From TPA_inf: Saccharomyces (Eukaryota): a DNA stretch of 64,000 nt. A program made the translations under genes and the position numbers. The stretch's first letter is position 1. The number at the start of each line of letters is the position of its first letter. The stretch is from the NCBI GenBank assembly GCA_000146045.2, contig BK006942.2, forward strand, positions 96,001 through 160,000, written 5' to 3'. The notes beneath the pieces were generated by a model. The model ran no database searches. It saw only the letters and a list, made by a program, of their open reading frames with translations, and was not told where the DNA came from. Shown here one piece after another: positions 45,816 to 58,500 of the stretch.

Positions 45816-46570
45816 AGAACAATATAGAATTCTTAGCCAAAAAGAGAAAGCAAGAAAATTAAACTTTATTTGTCTAAGAAAAGCCCGAACAGCGAAACCG
45901 ATCACTTCCCAGGATCGGAAGGTGTCACTTTGCGCCTTTTGCTCCGCCGCTCTTTCGTCGGCGTTCTTTGCTTCCCTGGGCGCTGTCGCATTAAGAATAT
46001 CATGTATATTCAGGAACAAAGGTAAATCACCTATAGACGTGCGCCGCAATAACCCTGCTAAGAAAATTCATTTAAAAAACTTACCTGCCAGTCTTGTTGT
46101 TTACTCAAACCACATACTATGATTATACTTTTGTCAGAGTTATGCGATGCCGCTTAAGCTTTGATTAAGAATTTTTTTCTCTTCTTTAAGTATGCCGTGC
46201 ACTTTTCGCTTCTCCAAAATATGACCCAATACTCATTTGGTTATTTTTACCAAGTAATCGATCAGATAGCATTAATAGCGTGAATATTTGATGGAATAAC
46301 ATATTAGAAAAGCTTTAGCTGGCAATTCTTGTACTGTCTTTCGCCGAAACCTGTTTGATGACTACTTCATCAATTTTTTTTTTTTCTGCCGCATTCCAAA
46401 GGTCATAACTTTGCAAAAATAAAGGGTAAATGGTTAAAAATTGTTATCATAAATAAGGTGACCGGTTATATTGAGACCTTTCCTGGACAGTAACTAATAC
46501 AGAAGCCATTGGTAATGCAATAATTTATTTGATCATGTGACTACGATCCGGGTGAGACTATTCAAAAAAG

Positions 46571-46731
46571 GAGTCAAGCATTGAAATAATTAATGACTAA
46601 TCCGAAGTTAATTGTTAGGAGTCAATTGTTTTTTCCAATGAATGGAATCTGAGATGACTAAACTACCAATTTTCAATAGTTCATGGTATAGTGACGTAGT
46701 TAGTGCTTTTTTTTCTTGGATCTGTTGACTC
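46571..46731 (+). promoter_or_regulatory. Cluster of Gcn4 response elements upstream of HIS5
   Basis: GAGTCA at 46571-46576, ATGACTAAT at 46592-46600, TTGACTCAC at 46724-46732 (TGACTC cores), plus a CRE-like TGACGT at 46692-46697. Confidence 0.55.
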
Positions 46732-46927
46732 ACTTCAATTGATGTTTCTTACCCTGACATGACATACTTGATATTTTATCTCTCACGTTATATAACTTGA
46801 AAAGGATGCACACAGTTCTGTTCAATATACCCTCCAATATGTAAAAACAGTTTTTCCATTGATTACTCTTAATTTGTTTCCTGCTAAACCAGCAGTACGT
46901 GTGTGCCGTATATATTAAAATTACACT

Positions 46928-48085
46928 ATGGTTTTTGATTTGAAAAGAATTGTTAGACCAAAAATTTATAACTTGGAACCTTATCGCTGTGCAAGAGATG
47001 ATTTCACCGAGGGTATATTGCTAGACGCCAATGAAAATGCCCATGGACCTACTCCAGTTGAATTGAGCAAGACCAATTTACATCGTTACCCGGATCCTCA
47101 CCAATTGGAATTCAAGACCGCAATGACGAAATACAGGAACAAAACAAGCAGTTATGCCAATGACCCAGAGGTAAAACCTTTAACTGCTGACAATCTGTGC
47201 CTAGGTGTGGGATCTGATGAGAGTATTGATGCTATTATTAGAGCATGCTGTGTTCCCGGGAAAGAAAAGATTCTGGTTCTTCCACCAACATATTCTATGT
47301 ACTCTGTTTGTGCAAACATTAATGATATAGAAGTCGTCCAATGTCCTTTAACTGTTTCCGACGGTTCTTTTCAAATGGATACCGAAGCTGTATTAACCAT
47401 TTTGAAAAACGACTCGCTAATTAAGTTGATGTTCGTTACTTCACCAGGTAATCCAACCGGAGCCAAAATTAAGACCAGTTTAATCGAAAAGGTCTTACAG
47501 AATTGGGACAATGGGTTAGTCGTTGTTGATGAAGCTTACGTAGATTTTTGTGGTGGCTCTACAGCTCCACTAGTCACCAAGTATCCTAACTTGGTTACTT
47601 TGCAAACTCTATCCAAGTCATTCGGTTTAGCCGGGATTAGGTTGGGTATGACATATGCAACAGCAGAGTTGGCCAGAATTTTAAATGCAATGAAGGCGCC
47701 TTATAATATTTCCTCCCTAGCCTCTGAATATGCACTAAAAGCTGTTCAAGACAGTAATCTAAAGAAGATGGAAGCCACTTCGAAAATAATCAATGAAGAG
47801 AAAATGCGCCTCTTAAAGGAATTAACTGCTTTGGATTACGTTGATGACCAATATGTTGGTGGATTAGATGCTAATTTTCTTTTAATACGGATCAACGGGG
47901 GTGACAATGTCTTGGCAAAGAAGTTATATTACCAATTGGCTACTCAATCTGGGGTTGTCGTCAGATTTAGAGGTAACGAATTAGGCTGTTCCGGATGTTT
48001 GAGAATTACCGTTGGAACCCATGAGGAGAACACACATTTGATAAAGTACTTCAAGGAGACGTTATATAAGCTGGCCAATGAATAA
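46928..48085 (+). CDS. HIS5: Histidinol-phosphate aminotransferase, 385 aa
   Basis: Class-I/II aminotransferase with the PLP-lysine motif LSKSFGLAGIRLG. 385 aa. Confidence 0.96.
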   Translation: MVFDLKRIVRPKIYNLEPYRCARDDFTEGILLDANENAHGPTPVELSKTNLHRYPDPHQLEFKTAMTKYRNKTSSYANDPEVKPLTADNLCLGVGSDESIDAIIRACCVPGKEKILVLPPTYSMYSVCANINDIEVVQCPLTVSDGSFQMDTEAVLTILKNDSLIKLMFVTSPGNPTGAKIKTSLIEKVLQNWDNGLVVVDEAYVDFCGGSTAPLVTKYPNLVTLQTLSKSFGLAGIRLGMTYATAELARILNAMKAPYNISSLASEYALKAVQDSNLKKMEATSKIINEEKMRLLKELTALDYVDDQYVGGLDANFLLIRINGGDNVLAKKLYYQLATQSGVVVRFRGNELGCSGCLRITVGTHEENTHLIKYFKETLYKLANE

Positions 48086-48117
48086 ATAGATTAATTTAAA
48101 CAGTATATGTACAGTTT

Positions 48118-48141
48118 TATATATATATATATATATATATA
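48118..48141. repeat. (TA)12 dinucleotide microsatellite between the convergent 3' ends of HIS5 and NUP159
   Basis: Direct read of the sequence. Confidence 0.95.
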
Positions 48142-48326
48142 CATATATAAAGAAACCTGTGCGTTTTTTGTATTTTCAAATACATTTAGTTTTGGCGCCA
48201 CTTCTATAAAAGGTCTCATGATATTGTTACAATATCAATTTTTCTTCGTTTCTCATGCCCTGTTTCTATGATAGAGGATGAATTTATTATTAACGGCACT
48301 AACAACGTACATATAGCTAAATATCA

Positions 48327-51300
48327 CTATTTTGCCATGTTCAAATTTTTGAAGAAATCACCAATTTGCTTTTTCGTATTCATGGCCAACCCAACTTCTA
48401 CTACTTTAAATCCTTTCATGTCCTTTGTTATTGAAGAGGATGCATCGAACGACGAAGCCTTTTTACCTTTCTCCTCCAATTGTAACCTACTCACTTGCTC
48501 ACGCAATAATTTGATTTCTTTTAGTAAACCGTCACGTGCAAGAGATTCTTTAGCTAGTTTTGCCACTAATGGATTATCGTCCAATCTCTTATTCTTTACA
48601 GTGAACAATTTTAAAATGTTCAGCAACTCTTCAGTATGATTAATTTTGGCGGACACATCGAATAGCTTTTGACGTAATGTCTTTTGCATTCTAAATTGAT
48701 GCGTGCTGAGATCTTTAACGTATCCACTCGAAGCATCATCAAAATGCATTAAAAACAGATACTCCTCTTTTGCATTGGCTACATCTTCAGTTATTTGTGC
48801 AATATCTTTCCTGACATAATCTGTAACTTTTTCCTTCAGGTCTTGAATGTTAGCATTTGTTATTTGCATTTGTTCACACTTGATATTATTCTGAATATTT
48901 AATAGAATTTCAGCCTCTGGTATTCTCCAAGTATACAGATTATTGATAGACCGCACTGTACGCTTCACCAAAGGGATGCTCGATTGATCAGTAAAAAAAG
49001 TATCCATATTCCGGATGTTTTCCATCAGAACAGTAAACTCAGCTTCGACCGTCTGAAATGTACTCTCAATCAACCTTAACGTAGAATTTTGTGAAACGAA
49101 AGGAATATTTGATACTTTTGCACTTGTGTAATATTCTTTCAATTGCTTTGGTTTGCATTGCTCTGCTAAATAATTTTCGTCACCTTCAAATGTTTGAACA
49201 GAAAAATTACATGTTTCAACAGGCTCAGTTTGCAGACCATTGTCGACTGCTTCCTTCTTAACAGTTTGTGTACTGTTGTGTTTCACGGGTATGGCATCCG
49301 TTTGAACTTCATTTTCCTTGGAACTTTCTGAAAGGTCTGTCTGTATGCCAGATTCAGCATAATTGTCTTCTAATGAAGTTTGTACATCAAAATCAGCGGA
49401 AGCGCTCACTTCACGTGCTTTAAAAGCTTCTCCACCATGAGGTAGCTCATCAGTATTAATATCTTCCAGTTTATCGTAGGACTCAGATATACTTTCATCC
49501 CGGTCACTGTTGAGTGACATGTTATCATCTGATTCTTTAACTTCACTGCTTTGTCTACTGTCTTTTTCGCTCGCGTCCTCTTCTGAAGATTGGTGGTCTT
49601 CGAATTGCTTTATTGCCATATTTGAATCAAAATTCTCTTTTTCATTGTCTTTTTTCAATGCTATTCCATCTCCTTGGACACCATGATTTGGTTGACCGCT
49701 CCTTTCATTATTCTTCGAAGTTTCATTCATTTCTTTAGACTTGTTATCGTGATCAACCACAGCATGTTGACTATATTTTGGGTCTGTTTCGCTTTTTTCA
49801 TGATTGTTCACGTCCTGTGACTTTGGAATTTCTTCGTTTGCTGTGGTATCAAAAGCACTTTCAGAAGTCCTTACAGATATTTCACTTCCTGATACATAAC
49901 CATCTTTTGGGTCATCGTTATGATCCTTTTTAGAACTTTCTCCAGTTCTTTCTTCTTTCGCTGGTAGAAACGGATTCTCCACACTCTTCAAGGTTATGGG
50001 GCCCTTTTCACTAGTTTCTTTAGTATCAGCTTCTTCCATTGGTGAAACCGTAGATGTATTACTTTTATTCATTGTGGAGTTACCAAACGAAAAAGCAGGT
50101 GTTGTAGAGCTTGGTTTGGTAATATTTGTTGCAAATGCTGAAAACGGCGATTCGGATTTTGCTTTGACATGATTTCCAAATACAGGATTTTTTAAACCAG
50201 CCATGTCAATATTGGCACTTTTTTTTATAGTTTCAGTTAGCTTGCCTATGGGGGATTTTTGCGCTTCCTCCTCGACAACTTCACCATCTTCATCCGAGGG
50301 AGTTTCCGGTAATCTAGTAGAAGATGTTTGCTCAACCGTAGAATCTGTCAAATCATTACCGCTTACGTTGGGACCATTGCTTTCGTGTTCTTCATTATCG
50401 TCATTGATTTCACTGGTAGAGCCCTTACTTAAAGATCCATTTTCAGTATCATCTTTTGTGAAGGAACTGAATGGTGATTTGTTTCCTAACTGTGAAGAGA
50501 AAGGTGAAGCCTGAGTACCGAATTTAAAAGTTGTATCGGAACCAACAGATTCCAGAGCCTTTGAAAATCCAGATCCAAAGGAAGAACTCCCAAAATCAAA
50601 GGCATTGGTCTTTGGTTTCGTAGAGGTGTTAGGTTTCGTACCAAAAGGTGTCGAAGAAGAGTCTACATCACTCTTAGACTCATCTTCACTTTGATCGCCA
50701 GAAGATGGGAAAGGTGACGTTGAATCTACCTCCTTTGGGCTGTCAACTGTAGGTTTTGAAATAGTAAAGTTTGATCCGAAAAGTTCATTGTTGGCGGGTG
50801 CAAAAGATGATGAACCAAATGCAGCCTTTCCAAATATGGATCCAGAGTTAGTTTCGTTACTTGATGCAGTTCCGAATGCAGATGTACCAAAAGAGGGCTT
50901 ACCAAAGGCAGATCCGGAAGCAGGCGGCTCAGCAGATGAATTTCCAGAGCCAAAGGAAGGAGTACCAAAAGAGGGCTTACCAAATGCAGATCCGGAGGCA
51001 GGCGGCTCAACAGATGAATTTCCAGAGCCAAAGGAAGGAGTACCAAAAGAGGGCTTACCAAAGGCAGATCCGGAGGCAGGCGATTCAACAGATGACTTTC
51101 CAGAGCCAAAGGAGGGAGCACCAAAAGATGGCTTGCCAAAGGCATATTCTGATGTTGACGGTTCTTTGGCAATAGCTCCGAACGCGGGTTTGCCGAATAC
51201 TGGCTTAGCAGAAGCAGGATCTGTTGCGTCTTGTTCACTGGACGCTACACCAGTACTGGTAGATGAGACTGATGGCAAGTCAATTTTAAATGCGGATGAT

Positions 51301-52709
51301 CCAAATGAGGGAGCACCAAAGGTTGAAGAACTTTGAGACTGCAGGCTATTGGCAGCGGCTGGTTGTGTTTTAAGAAAAGTGAAGCCTGATGTATTTGCTG
51401 ATGTGAAAGGATTCTCTGATAAAGCCTTACTTGATTCATTATTTTTCTTTTTTTCTTCCTGCTCCTGTCCAGCAATAGGAATTTTTTCTGATGTAGGAGA
51501 GAGAGATTTCTCATGTTCTAAAGATTCCAGATTTATGCTATAATGGCCGCTTTTGATTGCTGCCACATGAAACAACCCGACTATCTGTAAGCTACCTTCG
51601 TTATTCAATATGTAAACGAGCGGCAATCGCTCTATCGTATCAACACCGGAACAAGGTTCTAGAATAGTGCCTGAAGTAACGACGTCAACTGCCACACCTA
51701 TTGGATTTGTGTCCTTATCTGTTTCCTCACTGATGGGCAATACTGCTCGTTCAGAATCCTGGGAAGGTTCAATAACTTGTTTCGAGTCCCATATACTTAC
51801 TTCACTTGAACATGATGATGCTAGCACATTTACGTTTGCATCAGGTTCAATTAAACCAGACAAGGTAACTTTGTACATATATGGGAACCTTACTATTTGC
51901 CCGAATGGAGGTGTAATATCAAAAGTTTCTTGAAATGAGGCGCTGCCGTCTATGTGCTTTATAATGTACATTTTTTGATCGTATGAAACTTCGTCATCGG
52001 TCTCTGATATAACATTACCGAAAACCGCCAAAAAATCCTGTGGAGAGAGAATGGTAACACTCAAAGGGGAATATTCTTCTACTGGAAGCTCTTCTAATTC
52101 TGACGGTAGAGAGAACTCAAATTGTTTTTCCATTTCGCCATTTCGCCATGCAAAACTTTGAAAACTTCTATCTTTTAGTAGAACTGCTAACTGCGAATTT
52201 GTGACATCAAAAGAGGTAACGTTTTGTGCCAGTTGCTTAGTCGATTTTGTTCTTAAATCCAGTGCTGATAAATCATTGACTGAATTTAAAATTACTAAAG
52301 TGTTATTAACGTTCTTCAATTGGAAAACTGGCTTCTCAAAAGAAGTGACCGTTCGAAATTCACTCAATTCCTCCAAGTCTAACGAATATAATGCATTTCT
52401 GGTTGAAACCAAAACCTGATCACCATGAAAGCACACAAATATTACATCTGGGATTTCTTTCTCCCACTTGAACGTTAACGGAGTAGAGTCGGAGGTGATA
52501 TGATCTCTCAGTAATTGTAATTCGCCGACCACCGCCTTACTACCAGAGGCAGCAACGAATAAAGACTTACTGTTTGAAATATCGAGATTTTGTAGAGATG
52601 CAAATGGCAGTTTTTCATTGAAGGAAGGTAGAATTTGTTTTTGACCTAAAAACTTAAAACCGAAGTCTTCGGAAGTCTCAGTGGGTACTTCATCCTTCAA
52701 AGAAGACAT
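48327..52709 (-). CDS. NUP159: FG-nucleoporin Nup159 (N-terminal beta-propeller, central FG repeats), 1460 aa
   Basis: Multiple PSFG/SAFG repeats and an N-terminal WD-like propeller. 1460 aa. Confidence 0.95.
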   Translation of the reverse strand: MSSLKDEVPTETSEDFGFKFLGQKQILPSFNEKLPFASLQNLDISNSKSLFVAASGSKAVVGELQLLRDHITSDSTPLTFKWEKEIPDVIFVCFHGDQVLVSTRNALYSLDLEELSEFRTVTSFEKPVFQLKNVNNTLVILNSVNDLSALDLRTKSTKQLAQNVTSFDVTNSQLAVLLKDRSFQSFAWRNGEMEKQFEFSLPSELEELPVEEYSPLSVTILSPQDFLAVFGNVISETDDEVSYDQKMYIIKHIDGSASFQETFDITPPFGQIVRFPYMYKVTLSGLIEPDANVNVLASSCSSEVSIWDSKQVIEPSQDSERAVLPISEETDKDTNPIGVAVDVVTSGTILEPCSGVDTIERLPLVYILNNEGSLQIVGLFHVAAIKSGHYSINLESLEHEKSLSPTSEKIPIAGQEQEEKKKNNESSKALSENPFTSANTSGFTFLKTQPAAANSLQSQSSSTFGAPSFGSSAFKIDLPSVSSTSTGVASSEQDATDPASAKPVFGKPAFGAIAKEPSTSEYAFGKPSFGAPSFGSGKSSVESPASGSAFGKPSFGTPSFGSGNSSVEPPASGSAFGKPSFGTPSFGSGNSSAEPPASGSAFGKPSFGTSAFGTASSNETNSGSIFGKAAFGSSSFAPANNELFGSNFTISKPTVDSPKEVDSTSPFPSSGDQSEDESKSDVDSSSTPFGTKPNTSTKPKTNAFDFGSSSFGSGFSKALESVGSDTTFKFGTQASPFSSQLGNKSPFSSFTKDDTENGSLSKGSTSEINDDNEEHESNGPNVSGNDLTDSTVEQTSSTRLPETPSDEDGEVVEEEAQKSPIGKLTETIKKSANIDMAGLKNPVFGNHVKAKSESPFSAFATNITKPSSTTPAFSFGNSTMNKSNTSTVSPMEEADTKETSEKGPITLKSVENPFLPAKEERTGESSKKDHNDDPKDGYVSGSEISVRTSESAFDTTANEEIPKSQDVNNHEKSETDPKYSQHAVVDHDNKSKEMNETSKNNERSGQPNHGVQGDGIALKKDNEKENFDSNMAIKQFEDHQSSEEDASEKDSRQSSEVKESDDNMSLNSDRDESISESYDKLEDINTDELPHGGEAFKAREVSASADFDVQTSLEDNYAESGIQTDLSESSKENEVQTDAIPVKHNSTQTVKKEAVDNGLQTEPVETCNFSVQTFEGDENYLAEQCKPKQLKEYYTSAKVSNIPFVSQNSTLRLIESTFQTVEAEFTVLMENIRNMDTFFTDQSSIPLVKRTVRSINNLYTWRIPEAEILLNIQNNIKCEQMQITNANIQDLKEKVTDYVRKDIAQITEDVANAKEEYLFLMHFDDASSGYVKDLSTHQFRMQKTLRQKLFDVSAKINHTEELLNILKLFTVKNKRLDDNPLVAKLAKESLARDGLLKEIKLLREQVSRLQLEEKGKKASSFDASSSITKDMKGFKVVEVGLAMNTKKQIGDFFKNLNMAK
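50830..51150. repeat. About 3.3 tandem copies of a 78-nt unit inside NUP159, encoding the 26-aa FG repeat SAFGKPSFGTPSFGSGNSSVEPPASG
   Basis: Unit boundaries at 50887, 50965 and 51043 with diverged flanking copies. The region is open in three or more frames, which explains track ORFs 50726..51238(-), 50788..51336(+) and 50861..51175(+). Confidence 0.85.
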
Positions 52710-53142
52710 GTTATAATGGTTCTGTAATCAATATATATATATTTATGTGCGTTTCTCTGCTAAAATTGCAATAATGAAATTAAACCTTCACGCAAAATCG
52801 TTATTGAAGTTGGAGAGGAGACAAATTAACCTGAGAAATATGAATTGGTGTGAAGCAGCGTATGTGTGACAGAACAAACAAGCCTAAACGCCGATGTCAA
52901 ACACAATTTTTTCTCCAGTTTATGCGTGCAACTATCCTTCGGTCCTTTGTCTTTTTTTCTCTTTTGATCAAACAATTGAAAAAACACTGGTCGTAGGTCA
53001 CGATAAAAGTTGCGATGTCCCCTCCCACCTAGTTTCCTAAATACTATTATATAATATTAACTAAACAAACGTCAGAAAAAAAAAAAACTCTATCAAAAGT
53101 ACAAATCCTTATTTAGTAAAATTTATAAGAAAATAAAATCTC

Positions 53143-53988
53143 TCAGGGCGAGAACGATAGAGACCAGCCAAATTTGTGGACTGGTTCAGTCAGTTGTAGC
53201 GCATTGAAAGACATACCCACACCCAAAGAAATATCTTTATTCAAATTTCGCTTGTACGACAATGTAGTCAGGCCTGAATCTGCAATTTTTGCCTTAACTT
53301 GCGAAATAGAATCTGGTACGTATCTGGTAACAAATTCAATGTTCATATTAGAACTTGTCTTCGATTGTAAAGTGGCTTTAGTTCCCACTTGCAAATAGCG
53401 GTTAACGTTTTGAAAAAATGAAGCAGTTGCGCATTGCCTGTTGTTAGTAGACAAAATAAACGAATATTCTCTGGCAAGATACCCGATTGACATAGCATAG
53501 CGTGCACATAAACCCGCAGCTGTGTCATATGCGATGTCAGTGCCGCCAACAAACCCGCGGTGGCCCAAAGTAACACTTCCGACAAAGTCCTTAGGTTGCA
53601 AGATGTCTATAGAAGTTCTTGCTGCAAACGATTTTTGGGCGTAGCTCAAATTAAATTTGGCGTTCTTGATGGATTGGGGAGTCAAAAATGCGTTGACATC
53701 ACCTTTCCAACCAGGTGCTATCTTGGAAAATTCGATTCTTGTATTTAACCTGTTCTGGTTCGACCAACTCTGAGATAGCGACACTCCCTCCTTCCTGTCA
53801 TAAAACCGTCCTTCTACGCTAGTTTGGATGGGGCCTTCTGTCACGCCCTGCTTCGCCTTCAGAGTAAAATTCACACCATTTTCCGTGGTTGTTGAAATAT
53901 TCAAAGAGAGGGGGTTGGTGTGAAAAAAGTCCCTATTGAATAGGCCATTGACATCTCTAGATATATCGTTGAAAAATCGTAGTGCCAT
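53143..53988 (-). CDS. POR2: Mitochondrial outer-membrane porin paralogue (VDAC2), 281 aa
   Basis: Eukaryotic porin beta-barrel family. 281 aa. Matches YIL114C. Confidence 0.93.
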   Translation of the reverse strand: MALRFFNDISRDVNGLFNRDFFHTNPLSLNISTTTENGVNFTLKAKQGVTEGPIQTSVEGRFYDRKEGVSLSQSWSNQNRLNTRIEFSKIAPGWKGDVNAFLTPQSIKNAKFNLSYAQKSFAARTSIDILQPKDFVGSVTLGHRGFVGGTDIAYDTAAGLCARYAMSIGYLAREYSFILSTNNRQCATASFFQNVNRYLQVGTKATLQSKTSSNMNIEFVTRYVPDSISQVKAKIADSGLTTLSYKRNLNKDISLGVGMSFNALQLTEPVHKFGWSLSFSP

Positions 53989-54552
53989 CGTAGGTAATTT
54001 CTAACACTTTCCTCTTCATGCAATTCCTTCACTCGAGAATAAAACAGAAGAGCTCCATCTTCACTATTCTTTCTTTTCTTTTTGTTCCATTTCTGCAATT
54101 GGAAGCGAGAAAAAAGGAAAGGAATTGCTAAAGGCGCTTTCAATCATGTAAGACAAATTAGTATTTGGTTAAAAAATGCAGAAGCTCAGTCGCAGCATAG
54201 AAAAAGAACTAAACTTTTAAATGCTGAAAACTACGAACAGATTTTGCAGTGTGTCATTTCTGCGGAATCCGTTATTCGTCTCATTTGCTAGGCAGGGCGC
54301 ACACTATTGGAATAGGAGATATCTTCCAGATAGAAAAGGGTTTTTGCGTCGTACGGCGCGGCCTTGGCAACTCCCCTTCTGGAACAGGCAACTTCCTAAT
54401 TAGGTTGCCGCAGCGAATAACTTTAATCAGTTCTTATCCCCTTTATGGTATACTGGGTGATATAAAAGAACGAGTAAGACAAGATCAGCAACAAAGTTGA
54501 AGATAATCTATTATCTAAAATAACACATACGGCTGCGCACTTGTAGCCATAA

Positions 54553-55188
<636 letters not shown>

Positions 55189-55594
55189 GAGAGAAAAAAA
55201 AAAAAGATATAGCATTCAATGAGGCTTTATTGAGGGGCACGATGCTCTTTTTTTCTTCTGTACTTTATAAATAATTCCGTATTTCTTCGCTTTGTTTCAT
55301 GCTCTGTTCTGAGCTTTTAGTTTCTCTTATTGAGAGCCTTTTCCAAATCAAGGCTCAGGAAGTGACTCGTCCTTAGAAGAACAAGGTTTGGATTTGGTAG
55401 GGTTCTTGTACGAAGTTCTCAATATAATTTGCGCATTTACTGTACGGTTCATACTAGTTTATTCCGGGTAACAAGTTTTCTTGTGATGCTAAATCAATGT
55501 GTATATTGAGAAAACTATGTAGTAAGTTACACAAAGCAACAAAGGATATTATTATATGTGACAGAGAAGAATTGCTGTAGAGATTCATGACAAT

Positions 55595-58500
55595 ATGAAT
55601 GAGACTACTACAAAACAGCCGCTAAAGAAAAGGTCCCTGAGCAGCTATCTTTCAAACGTGAGCACGAGACGGGAGGAGCTGGAAAAGATTTCTAAACAAG
55701 AAACATCCGAAGAGGAAGATACTGCCGGCAAGCATGAACAAAGGGAAACACTGTCGGAAGAAGTAAGTGATAAGTTTCCAGAAAATGTTGCATCGTTTCG
55801 CTCACAGACTACAAGCGTTCATCAAGCCACCCAAAATAACCTGAATGCAAAGGAATCCGAAGACCTGGCCCATAAGAATGATGCGAGTTCACACGAAGGA
55901 GAGGTTAATGGGGACAGCCGTCCGGACGATGTTCCTGAAACGAATGAAAAAATAAGCCAAGCAATACGAGCGAAAATTTCGTCATCATCATCATCACCCA
56001 ATGTACGTAATGTTGATATCCAAAACCATCAACCTTTTTCGAGAGACCAACTTCGAGCGATGTTGAAAGAACCAAAAAGGAAAACTGTTGATGATTTCAT
56101 AGAAGAAGAGGGTTTGGGAGCTGTTGAAGAAGAGGATTTAAGTGATGAGGTACTTGAAAAAAATACAACAGAACCAGAAAATGTGGAAAAAGATATAGAG
56201 TATAGCGACTCAGATAAGGACACAGACGATGTGGGAAGCGATGATCCCACGGCACCCAACTCACCAATAAAACTTGGTCGTCGCAAACTGGTTAGAGGTG
56301 ACCAACTTGATGCAACAACAAGTTCCATGTTTAATAACGAATCAGATTCTGAATTATCAGATATCGATGATAGCAAGAATATTGCTTTATCCAGTAGCCT
56401 ATTTAGAGGCGGTTCTTCACCTGTGAAAGAGACAAACAACAACCTTTCAAATATGAATTCTTCACCAGCACAAAATCCAAAAAGGGGTTCTGTCTCCAGG
56501 AGTAATGATAGTAACAAGAGTTCTCATATAGCTGTTTCCAAGCGCCCCAAACAGAAGAAGGGCATATATAGGGATTCTGGTGGTAGAACAAGACTACAGA
56601 TTGCCTGTGACAAGGGCAAATATGATGTAGTCAAAAAGATGATTGAAGAAGGAGGTTACGATATTAATGACCAAGACAATGCTGGTAATACAGCATTGCA
56701 TGAAGCGGCGTTGCAAGGTCATATTGAGATTGTGGAACTGTTGATAGAAAATGGTGCAGATGTAAATATCAAGTCTATTGAAATGTTCGGCGATACTCCC
56801 TTGATCGATGCTTCCGCCAATGGACACTTGGATGTTGTCAAGTATCTTCTTAAAAACGGTGCGGACCCAACTATACGTAACGCTAAAGGGTTAACTGCGT
56901 TTGAATCTGTCGATGATGAATCTGAATTTGATGATGAAGAAGACCAAAAGATTTTGCGTGAAATAAAAAAAAGGTTGAGTATAGCCGCTAAAAAATGGAC
57001 TAACAGAGCAGGAATTCATAATGACAAATCTAAAAATGGCAATAATGCTCACACAATAGATCAGCCACCTTTTGATAATACCACAAAAGCCAAAAACGAA
57101 AAGGCCGCTGACTCACCTTCAATGGCTTCCAATATTGATGAGAAAGCTCCGGAAGAGGAATTCTATTGGACAGATGTTACTTCTAGAGCGGGAAAAGAAA
57201 AACTGTTTAAAGCTTCGAAGGAGGGACATTTACCATACGTTGGTACGTATGTAGAAAATGGTGGTAAGATAGACTTAAGGTCATTTTTCGAAAGCGTTAA
57301 GTGTGGCCATGAAGATATTACAAGTATCTTTTTGGCATTCGGATTTCCCGTAAATCAAACTTCAAGGGATAATAAAACATCCGCTTTAATGGTAGCTGTA
57401 GGTCGTGGCCATCTTGGAACTGTTAAACTGCTATTAGAGGCAGGTGCAGATCCAACCAAAAGAGATAAAAAGGGTCGTACCGCTTTGTACTATGCCAAAA
57501 ACAGCATAATGGGAATAACAAACAGTGAAGAAATTCAATTGATTGAAAATGCTATAAATAACTATTTGAAGAAGCACTCTGAAGATAATAATGATGATGA
57601 TGATGATGATGATAATAATAATGAAACATATAAACATGAAAAAAAGAGAGAGAAAACGCAATCACCCATATTAGCAAGCCGAAGAAGTGCCACTCCTAGA
57701 ATTGAAGACGAAGAGGACGATACGAGGATGCTCAATCTGGCAGACGATGACTTTAATAACGATCGTGATGTCAAGGAATCTACAACTTCGGATTCGCGCA
57801 AGAGATTGGATGACAATGAAAATGTTGGTACTCAATACTCATTGGACTGGAAAAAACGTAAAACAAATGCCTTGCAAGATGAAGAAAAATTAAAAAGTAT
57901 CTCACCACTCTCTATGGAACCTCATTCTCCAAAGAAGGCAAAATCTGTAGAGATAAGTAAAATACATGAAGAAACGGCTGCTGAAAGAGAAGCAAGACTC
58001 AAGGAAGAGGAAGAATACAGAAAGAAAAGATTAGAAAAGAAAAGAAAAAAAGAACAGGAACTACTACAAAAGCTGGCCGAAGATGAGAAAAAAAGGATCG
58101 AAGAACAGGAGAAGCAGAAAGTCTTAGAAATGGAAAGATTGGAAAAAGCTACTTTAGAGAAAGCAAGAAAAATGGAAAGGGAAAAAGAAATGGAAGAAAT
58201 CTCTTATAGAAGGGCAGTAAGGGACTTATATCCGTTAGGACTGAAGATTATTAACTTCAACGATAAACTTGATTACAAAAGATTTTTGCCGCTATATTAT
58301 TTTGTAGACGAAAAAAACGATAAATTTGTGCTCGACTTGCAAGTAATGATATTGTTGAAGGATATCGACTTGCTCTCAAAGGACAACCAACCAACTTCTG
58401 AGAAGATTCCCGTCGATCCCTCGCACCTGACTCCATTGTGGAATATGTTGAAATTCATTTTCCTGTATGGAGGTAGTTATGATGATAAAAAGAACAACAT

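Noticed and set aside
50726-51336. Three overlapping ORFs (170, 182 and 104 aa) on both strands inside NUP159.
   Set aside because: Produced by the stop-free 78-nt FG-repeat array; the real frame is the NUP159 minus-strand frame.
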